From a virus: DNA of 64,000 nt. The notes below the pieces were generated by a model. The model did not search any database and was not told the DNA's origin. It saw nothing but the letters and a program-made list of their open reading frames with translations. Shown piece after piece: positions 56,815 through 64,000 of the stretch (within the stretch, counting starts at the first letter, position 1; every line of letters starts with the position of its first letter). The stretch is from the IMG/VR virus record IMGVR_UViG_3300006925_000010, positions 1 to 64,000 of that record. The stretch is one strand, 5' to 3'. Made by a program: the position numbers and the translations under genes.

Positions 56815-57517
56815 AAAAACAACAAAGAAGGCAGAGATAGAAAAAGTACAACAAGAGAATATTGTATCGGACGCCGCACTAGAAAGAAAAAAGAGATTCC
56901 TTGCAGAAAAAGAGAAAGCAGGTGGAATTGATAAACTTGTTCAGACTCACAAAGAAAAGCCGTGGGTTATATATTTTACAAAGGCAGGAGAAATTGTTTG
57001 CTTTACACAGAACGAAGTAGATGTTAAAGACGATTGGCAAACATACGACTTCTCACAAGAACAATTAAAGATACTTATTGACAATATGGATGACTTGTTT
57101 AAGTATAGAATTAATGTTGATCCTACTGTGGATAACTTGTATAGTATTCAGTTAAAAGAAATAAACACTATCTACACAGAGTCTGAGAAAGACTTCCTCA
57201 ACGAAATTGAGTACGGCAAAAGCACTTCGTTTGATGTAAAGGTTGCTGTTAACTCTGCTGAACTTGTTATTACCTTAAGCAACAAAGCAAAGGAAGTATA
57301 CAAAGATGTATATCCTATTAGTGCAACTGTAAAAGGACAACGGCTGTTAAAATTCTTCTTAACAGCAGAACACGACCCACATGTAATGTTTCATTACGAA
57401 ATCATAAGCCTAGCAGAACTTATTACAGAAAAGAAAGTTGTTAGACAATTACCCGGAGACTTGCGCCACTGTAGTGTGTATACTGTAAAACTGTTTGATA
57501 AATATCAGAGAGCATAA
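56804..57517 (+). CDS. Hypothetical protein
   Basis: 237 aa ORF with GGAGG RBS inside the operon. Confidence 0.7.
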   Translation: MPAKKTTKKAEIEKVQQENIVSDAALERKKRFLAEKEKAGGIDKLVQTHKEKPWVIYFTKAGEIVCFTQNEVDVKDDWQTYDFSQEQLKILIDNMDDLFKYRINVDPTVDNLYSIQLKEINTIYTESEKDFLNEIEYGKSTSFDVKVAVNSAELVITLSNKAKEVYKDVYPISATVKGQRLLKFFLTAEHDPHVMFHYEIISLAELITEKKVVRQLPGDLRHCSVYTVKLFDKYQRA

Positions 57518-57531
57518 CAGGACACATTTAT

Positions 57532-58542
57532 ATGGCAAAGCAAGATGTCACAGAACTAGATATATTCTATATTTCATACGACGAGCCAAACTGCGAAGAG
57601 CATTGGGCAGACTTATTAAACAAAGTACCTTGGGCAAAACGTGTCCACGGTGTTAAAGGCTTTGATGCCGCACATAAAGAATGTGCAAACCAATCTGAAA
57701 CAGAACGTTTTATCACAGTAGATGGTGATAATATTGTTATGCCTGATTTCTTTGAACAAGCTCTTGACTTTCCAGAAACTGATCACGACGGTAATGATAT
57801 TGCTGAAAGTATTTTTAGTTGGAATGGTAAAAATATTCTCAACGGATTAGTATATGGTAATGGTGGACTTAAATGTTGGCCTACAGAGTATACCAAAACA
57901 ATTAACACACATGAGGCCGCAACTGACGGCGAGGGCATGGAGTTTTGTTGGAAGTTAAATTATATACAACTTAACGACACGTTCTCAGAAGTACACCAAA
58001 CAGCCAGTCCTTTTCAAGCCTTCAGAGCAGGGTTCAGAGAGGGTGTTAAAATGAGTTTGGACCAGGGCACAAGGGTGAAGCCAAGTGAATTCAAAGACAA
58101 GATATGGTATGGAAATTATAATAGATTACAGACCTGGGCTAACATAGGCACTGATGTTACTAACGGCTTATGGGCTATATACGGTGCAAGACTTGGTTGC
58201 CAAATGGCAGTACTAAGCGATTGGGACGTTAATTTAATATCAGACTACGACTGGTTTAAAAGTTTCTTCTATGACGACGTGGCACCTAAGTTTGACGGCT
58301 TAAACGACATGAAGTGTAACTATACCAAGCAACAATGGCAACAGGAATTATTATATAAAGAGGTATGCAGATTAGGGCACGAACTCAATGAAGAGATAAA
58401 CGACATGATGTTGTTCAATCCTAACGAACAAATGTGTAGATTCTTTAAGAAAACTTATGTTAACCCTAAACGCTGGGGAGTAATGATCAGAGAAAAACAA
58501 ATACAGGACTTGTTAGAAAAAGGCCTCATCGGCTCATCTTAA
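57532..58542 (+). CDS. Glycosyltransferase-like protein (GT2-like)
   Basis: ISYDEPN, RVHGVKG..AH, FITVDGDN (DxD), NGLVYGNGG, AFRAGFREGVK. Confidence 0.65.
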   Translation: MAKQDVTELDIFYISYDEPNCEEHWADLLNKVPWAKRVHGVKGFDAAHKECANQSETERFITVDGDNIVMPDFFEQALDFPETDHDGNDIAESIFSWNGKNILNGLVYGNGGLKCWPTEYTKTINTHEAATDGEGMEFCWKLNYIQLNDTFSEVHQTASPFQAFRAGFREGVKMSLDQGTRVKPSEFKDKIWYGNYNRLQTWANIGTDVTNGLWAIYGARLGCQMAVLSDWDVNLISDYDWFKSFFYDDVAPKFDGLNDMKCNYTKQQWQQELLYKEVCRLGHELNEEINDMMLFNPNEQMCRFFKKTYVNPKRWGVMIREKQIQDLLEKGLIGSS

Positions 58543-59325
58543 ATGAAACTATACGCCAATATAGGCATAGGGCACGAAAACGACATAGATGTTTTAAAGC
58601 AACGAGTTGTTAGTGCCGCACAATGCAATGCTGATGCAGTTATAATAGGCAAAAGCACACCTGTAAAAACAGTACCAAGTAACAAAAAGTATGTGCCTAT
58701 ACAAAGTAAGTGGGGGACTATGGCATACTTAGAAGTTGCAAAACGCTCTGAAGTATCTAAAGAAAACGCATTAACACTAACTAACTTCTGCAAAGAGATT
58801 GGTATACCATTAATATGGAGTGTGACTGACAATCAAGCAGGTGCATGGGTGAGAGAGAATTGCGACAGTAGTACAATCAAGGTCCACTACGATGCAATAG
58901 ATCCTATAGAACTTATACAATATTGCAAAGAAAACTTTGAACATGCTATATACAGTCATGTACACATGGACGATATTTTACAATATTACACAAATACTAA
59001 TAAACGCAGAAACATCACAATATATTATACAACAGATCAGTTTCCGCCTAAAGTAGAAGACTTACAACTAGGTAATATAGACAAACTAACGAAAAAATGG
59101 CCTGATGTTAGAATTGCATACGAAAGCAGAGAAGCAGGCATATTCCCAGGAGTAGCAGTTGCATACAAGGGAGTCGACTTTATAGAAAAATATTTAGGCG
59201 ACGATGACAGCGACAATCCATCAATACTAACACCAGAACAGTTTTATGATTTTTGGAATACCATGAATATACTGTTTGAAGCCGACCAAGTAAAAATAGA
59301 AGAGGATCTTCAACCTGATAAATAA
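58543..59325 (+). CDS. NeuB / sialic acid synthase-like protein, degenerate
   Basis: N-terminal NIGIGH, A...ADAV, CKEIGI, and G.DFIEK...SI.TPE pattern; canonical His motifs altered. Confidence 0.65.
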   Translation: MKLYANIGIGHENDIDVLKQRVVSAAQCNADAVIIGKSTPVKTVPSNKKYVPIQSKWGTMAYLEVAKRSEVSKENALTLTNFCKEIGIPLIWSVTDNQAGAWVRENCDSSTIKVHYDAIDPIELIQYCKENFEHAIYSHVHMDDILQYYTNTNKRRNITIYYTTDQFPPKVEDLQLGNIDKLTKKWPDVRIAYESREAGIFPGVAVAYKGVDFIEKYLGDDDSDNPSILTPEQFYDFWNTMNILFEADQVKIEEDLQPDK

Positions 59326-59365
59326 GTGCGTAGTTTAAAACTATGACAGACAACAGGAGAAGAAA

Positions 59366-60694
59366 ATGGCCTCAATCGGATTTATTGGGGTGGGCAAGTT
59401 AGGACAAGCCTGCGCCGAGATGGTTGCCGAAGTACATGATGTTGTTGGTTATGATGTTAACCCAGTAGAGCCTGAAAACTTTACAATGGTTGATAAGTTG
59501 GAGAACGCAGTTAAAGGACAAGACATTGTTTTTATTGCAGTACCAACGCCACATGACCCGCAGTATGATGGAAAAGCACCTACCAGCCATTTACCAAACA
59601 AGGACTTCGACTACTCGTTAGTACGACAGGTTCTCTCAGAGGTAAATGAGGTTGCGTCAAGCGATCAATTGGTAGTGTTAATATCGACGGTATTACCAGG
59701 AACAGTTAGGAGAGAATTAGAACCTTTAATTACTAATGCTCGTTTTATTTACAACCCATACTTAATTGCTATGGGCACAGTAAAATGGGATATGGTTAAT
59801 CCAGAAATGGTAATGATAGGAACTAGCGATGGGAGTGAAACGGGAGACGCAAAGGTTCTCGTAGATTTCTACAAAACAATAATGCAAAACGAACCTAAGT
59901 ACGTTATAGGTACATGGGATGAATGTGAATGCATTAAAGTATTTTACAATACATTTATATCAGCAAAGGTATCTCTAGTAAACATGATACAGGACGTTGC
60001 AGAGAAACAAGGTAACATAAACGCAGAAGTTGTTTGTGATGCATTGGCTAACAGCGACAGACGTATTATGGGACCAGGGTACATGAAACCAGGAATGGGA
60101 GACGGAGGTGCTTGTCACCCACGTGATAACATTGCATTGCGTTGGATGGCTGAGGAATTAGAACTAGGATACGACTTGTTTGATGCTGTAATGCTTTCAC
60201 GAGAAGTACAAGCAGAGAACATGGCAAAACGTTTAATGGAGTTAGCAGGTACAATCTACCCTACAACAAAAACATTAATACCAGTCATGCCTATTATTAT
60301 AGTCGGTAAGGCTTACAAGCCTTTAGTGGAATATGATGCAGGTTCGAGCAGTATGTTAGTAGGACACTACATAACAAAAGCAGGATTTGAATTACATTAC
60401 TATGATGAGAAAACAGGTGACGTACCGTTAGATGATATACTCAGTAGACCATGCGTATACTTACTAGCACATAATCCAGAAATCACTTACGGTGATCAAT
60501 TAGATACTGTGCCTGGTTGGTATAACGGCAAACACAAACGTACAGATTGCGATAATGCTTTATCTGTTTCTACAGGAAACGGAACAGAGCTACAGTTTGC
60601 ATCAGGAAGTATTGTGTTGGACCCATGGCGTAAAACACCCGACATAGCAGGTGTGCAAGTTGTACACTATGGTAATACTAGGGGAAATGTGTAA
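59366..60694 (+). CDS. UDP-glucose/GDP-mannose dehydrogenase family protein
   Basis: GVGKLG Rossmann motif, IAVPTP, STVLPGT, K.FYNTF, GGACHPRD with catalytic Cys; AGGAG RBS. Confidence 0.9.
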   Translation: MASIGFIGVGKLGQACAEMVAEVHDVVGYDVNPVEPENFTMVDKLENAVKGQDIVFIAVPTPHDPQYDGKAPTSHLPNKDFDYSLVRQVLSEVNEVASSDQLVVLISTVLPGTVRRELEPLITNARFIYNPYLIAMGTVKWDMVNPEMVMIGTSDGSETGDAKVLVDFYKTIMQNEPKYVIGTWDECECIKVFYNTFISAKVSLVNMIQDVAEKQGNINAEVVCDALANSDRRIMGPGYMKPGMGDGGACHPRDNIALRWMAEELELGYDLFDAVMLSREVQAENMAKRLMELAGTIYPTTKTLIPVMPIIIVGKAYKPLVEYDAGSSSMLVGHYITKAGFELHYYDEKTGDVPLDDILSRPCVYLLAHNPEITYGDQLDTVPGWYNGKHKRTDCDNALSVSTGNGTELQFASGSIVLDPWRKTPDIAGVQVVHYGNTRGNV

Positions 60695-60702
60695 GATAAT
60701 CA

Positions 60703-60726
60703 GTGGGGGTTCGCCCCCACTATTTT
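60703..60726 (+). terminator. GC-rich hairpin between the dehydrogenase and radical SAM genes
   Basis: GTGGGGG-TTCG-CCCCCAC followed by TATTTT. Confidence 0.6.
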
Positions 60727-60735
60727 AGGAATAGT

Positions 60736-62178
60736 ATGAGTGAACGAATAGAACGAATTGAAGAGATAGACAAGTTACTTACTTCTGAGATAAGCGGGAC
60801 CTTTTGTCTTGCAAAATGGCATCACACTACAATTTATTTACATAGAGGACAGACGCATAGTTGCTATCACCCTAAGCCACATGACATTCCTTTACAAGAA
60901 TTAAAATACGACCCGAGCGTACTACACAACACACCGCAGAAGATTGATGAGCGTATAGAAATGTTTAACGGTGAGAAGCCAAGTGGTTGTCAATACTGTT
61001 GGAACGTTGAAGAACTAGACGAAGGCAAAGGACCAAACGAAGATAAACATGTTAGCGACAGGCATCAAAGGAATTCAAGTATATACACAGAAGATAGACT
61101 AAACGAAATTTTATACAATCCACCAGACTACAAGATTAATCCAGAGTATGTAGAGATTGCATTCAGTAACGAATGTAATTTTAAATGTGGCTACTGTCAC
61201 CCAATGCATAGTAGTTTATATAGACAAGAGATTAAGAAACACGGACCATACAATATGGTTAGCAATCACCAAGCAGACATTGACTGGTTTGACATATACG
61301 AAGAGGACTCGCCTTATGTAGAAGCATGGTGGAAGTGGTGGCCTGAAGTGAGCGAAACGTTAAACATACTTAGGATAACAGGCGGAGAACCAATACTACA
61401 CAAAACAACATGGAAACTATTTGAAGAACTCAGTGAAAACCCTAAGCCTAATATAGAAATTAATATTAATACAAACTTAGGTTATACAAGTAGACGTGTT
61501 GAAAGATTAGTTGATGCTGTTAAAGACTTAACAGAAAATAATAAAATACGTGGCTTTAAAATGTTTAGTTCTATTGACACTTGGGGCAAACGTGCTGAAT
61601 ATATTAGAACAGGTTTAGACATTGAACTTTGGGAAAAGAACCAGGACATATACTTACGTGGTGTTAAAAGTCATATAACACACATGGTAACATTCAATGT
61701 GCTAAGTGTTACAACATTTAAAGAGTACTTGAAAAAAGTATTGGAGTGGCGCAAAACATACGAAGATATAATCCCTAACAACTTAGGTAGTTCACCTGAT
61801 GTTAGAAAGATTAGGTTTGATACTCCTTACTTAAAAGAGCCTCTACAATACGATATGCACATATTACCTAAAGAAGAATTCTTACCATACTTTGATGACA
61901 TATTAGATTTTATTAAAGAGAATATTGTAGAAGATGATCGCACAATGTTTAGTGGATTAGAGTATGAACGTTTTAGACGAGTACGAGATTATTTTGTAAC
62001 TACACAATACGATGATGAAAAGATACGAAGGGGTAGAATAGATTTCTACAAATGGTTTAACGAATACGACAAACGCAGAGACACAAACTTCTTAGAAACT
62101 TTTCCAGAGATGGAAGGCTTTTATAGAATGTGTGAAAAATTGAATGAAGACGACATTCAAATAGTAGATGTAAGTTAA
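60736..62178 (+). CDS. Radical SAM protein with N-terminal SPASM/twitch-like Cys motifs
   Basis: CNFKCGYC, GGEP, FC.AKW, CQYCW. Start ATG 60736 follows AGGA. Confidence 0.88.
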   Translation: MSERIERIEEIDKLLTSEISGTFCLAKWHHTTIYLHRGQTHSCYHPKPHDIPLQELKYDPSVLHNTPQKIDERIEMFNGEKPSGCQYCWNVEELDEGKGPNEDKHVSDRHQRNSSIYTEDRLNEILYNPPDYKINPEYVEIAFSNECNFKCGYCHPMHSSLYRQEIKKHGPYNMVSNHQADIDWFDIYEEDSPYVEAWWKWWPEVSETLNILRITGGEPILHKTTWKLFEELSENPKPNIEININTNLGYTSRRVERLVDAVKDLTENNKIRGFKMFSSIDTWGKRAEYIRTGLDIELWEKNQDIYLRGVKSHITHMVTFNVLSVTTFKEYLKKVLEWRKTYEDIIPNNLGSSPDVRKIRFDTPYLKEPLQYDMHILPKEEFLPYFDDILDFIKENIVEDDRTMFSGLEYERFRRVRDYFVTTQYDDEKIRRGRIDFYKWFNEYDKRRDTNFLETFPEMEGFYRMCEKLNEDDIQIVDVS

Positions 62179-63464
62179 TGGCTAGAAAAATACCAGTACA
62201 TAATATTACAGCAGACGAGGCTCTTAGTAATAATTCTTTTTGCATGTTACCTTTTGTACACATGCACATAACACCTGATGGCAAGCCATTACCTTGTTGT
62301 ATAGGAAACATGAAGTACTCTCATTCAATAGGCAGAAAAAATCTATCTATAGAAGAAATGGTTAATTCAGATTTTATGAAAAATCTTAGAATGAATATGA
62401 TTAACGGAATTAGGCACGAAGTATGCAGTGGTTGTCATAAGATAGAAGACTCGGGCACTGGTACATATAGTTTTAGAAATACTGCTAATGAGAAGTACAA
62501 GAAACATGCGCCAAGAGTATTAAGACGAACAACCAAAGACGGACACTTAGCAGACTTTAAAATGAGATACTTTGATATTAGACTCAGCCATGTTTGTAAT
62601 ATGAAGTGTCGAACATGTAATAGTGGTTACAGTAGTTTATGGGAAGCCGAAGATAAGAAGCAAGGCATTAACATAACGTTTGACATGATGCATGATCGTA
62701 ATCCAACAACGTTCGAAGAAATACTAGAGCATGTACCTTACATGGAAGAATGTTACTTTGCAGGTGGTGAACCAATGGTTGACGACTACCATTACTACCT
62801 ACTAGAAGCATTAATAGACCAAGGACGAACAGATGTAAGACTTAGTTACAATACCAATTTGAGTAGACTAAAGTTTAAAAACTACAATGTTTTAGAGTTG
62901 TGGGAGAAGTTTGATCACCCAGTAAATGTTTATAGCAGTATAGACCATTGTGAAGAACGAGCAGAATATATTAGAAATGGCACTAAGTGGAATGATATCG
63001 AAACAAATATTAAAAGGCTATTGCTGGAACCAAATGTAAATTTGCAAATTAGTTCTACTGTGAGTATGTTAAACTATGTAACACTAGAGCAGTTTTTTAA
63101 GAAGATGTTAACAACAGGTCTTATGCCTGGTGGTGATTGGCAATTAAATCCTGTATCAAATCCCGAGTGGATAAGTGTATTTAACTTGCCACAAGAGATG
63201 AAAGATGCAGGTAGGCAAGGCATTAATAATATTATTGAGTATCTTACTAGCAAAGACAAACTAGTTAGAACATATAAAAAGAGAAACTATAATTTTGAAC
63301 ATACTATAAACAATATTAAATCGTTTCCTGACTTAGTAGACAGCAGTGGTGTAGACTTTAATGATGTCCGCCCAGAGTTTGTATGTGAAACTAGAAGACT
63401 TGACCAGTTACGCAAAGAAACATTTGTTGAGGTGTTTCCTGAACTGAGGACTATGTATGAGTGA
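62178..63464 (+). CDS. Radical SAM protein with SPASM/twitch-like domain
   Basis: FCMLPF...PCC, CSGC, CNMKCRTC, FAGGEP. Confidence 0.9.
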   Translation: MARKIPVHNITADEALSNNSFCMLPFVHMHITPDGKPLPCCIGNMKYSHSIGRKNLSIEEMVNSDFMKNLRMNMINGIRHEVCSGCHKIEDSGTGTYSFRNTANEKYKKHAPRVLRRTTKDGHLADFKMRYFDIRLSHVCNMKCRTCNSGYSSLWEAEDKKQGINITFDMMHDRNPTTFEEILEHVPYMEECYFAGGEPMVDDYHYYLLEALIDQGRTDVRLSYNTNLSRLKFKNYNVLELWEKFDHPVNVYSSIDHCEERAEYIRNGTKWNDIETNIKRLLLEPNVNLQISSTVSMLNYVTLEQFFKKMLTTGLMPGGDWQLNPVSNPEWISVFNLPQEMKDAGRQGINNIIEYLTSKDKLVRTYKKRNYNFEHTINNIKSFPDLVDSSGVDFNDVRPEFVCETRRLDQLRKETFVEVFPELRTMYE

Positions 63465-64000
63465 TTATATAGACTTACACGACATAGACAAAGAACACTT
63501 GCTAACAGAAAGTAAAACATTTTGTATGTTTCCGTGGATACACTTAAATGCAACACCCAAGGGGGATATCTATCCTTGCTGTAGTAATGACTACACGAAT
63601 CCAATTGGTAATGCAAGAGACATGTCTCTTAAAGAAGCATTTAACACAGACTATATGAAAGAGTTAAGACTAGCAATGTTACAGGATAAAAAATCTGATA
63701 TATGTAATTTTTGTTATAGTCACGAAAAAGCAAGTCCACATAGTTTTAGAACATATAGCATGGATAACTTTTCAGACTCGTTTGATGACGTATTAGCAAT
63801 GACACACAAAGACGGTACAGTTGATGAGCTAAACATGAAATATTTTGATATTAGGTTTAGTAATATATGTAATTTTAAATGTCGTAGTTGCGGTACAGAG
63901 TTTAGTAGCCAATGGGCATTAGAAGATAAAAAAACATATAACCCAGATGGGCCTGTTATTATACACGTTGACGATGATAAAGGAACTGTACTGAAAGAAA
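63457..64000 (+). CDS. Radical SAM protein (partial, runs off the window)
   Basis: MSDYIDLHD...FCMFPWIH...PCC...CNFC...CNFKCRSC; not in the ORF track because there is no stop in the window. Confidence 0.85.
   Translation, partial: MSDYIDLHDIDKEHLLTESKTFCMFPWIHLNATPKGDIYPCCSNDYTNPIGNARDMSLKEAFNTDYMKELRLAMLQDKKSDICNFCYSHEKASPHSFRTYSMDNFSDSFDDVLAMTHKDGTVDELNMKYFDIRFSNICNFKCRSCGTEFSSQWALEDKKTYNPDGPVIIHVDDDKGTVLKE

Noticed and set aside
1-64000. Stop-codon reassignment (alternative genetic code)
   Set aside because: Long intact ORFs under code 11; TAG and TGA both end genes at sensible positions.
1-64000. CRISPR array, tRNA genes, diversity-generating retroelement
   Set aside because: No regularly spaced repeats, cloverleafs, reverse transcriptase or adenine-variable repeat pair seen by eye; a formal scan was not possible.

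Overview
AT-rich, gene-dense 64 kb segment of a large T4-like (jumbo-type) contractile-tailed dsDNA phage using the standard genetic code. Left to right: a tape-measure-like gene running off the left edge (minus strand); a gp26-like hub/tail-assembly gene with a probable -1 frameshift extension; a ~560 bp highly structured non-coding region; a minus-strand operon (gp55-like late sigma factor, gp47/gp46 Mre11-Rad50-like nuclease, GIY-YIG endonuclease); and a long plus-strand baseplate/tail module. That module holds gp48/54-like, LysM/gp53-like, hub, a split gp5-like spike, gp25, gp6, an 815 aa + 7162 aa split giant virion protein, and tail fibres with S74 and G2 chaperone domains. It is followed by a DUF805 gene and a sugar-modification cluster (glycosyltransferase-like genes, degenerate NeuB, nucleotide-sugar dehydrogenase, three radical SAM genes). 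The best candidates for something new are (1) the large structured RNA plus tandem-GA hairpin directly downstream of the GIY-YIG gene, (2) a duplicated His-rich domain on both sides of the split in the giant virion protein, and (3) the AAATTTT -1 frameshift. All family assignments come from motif recognition by eye; no database searches were run.
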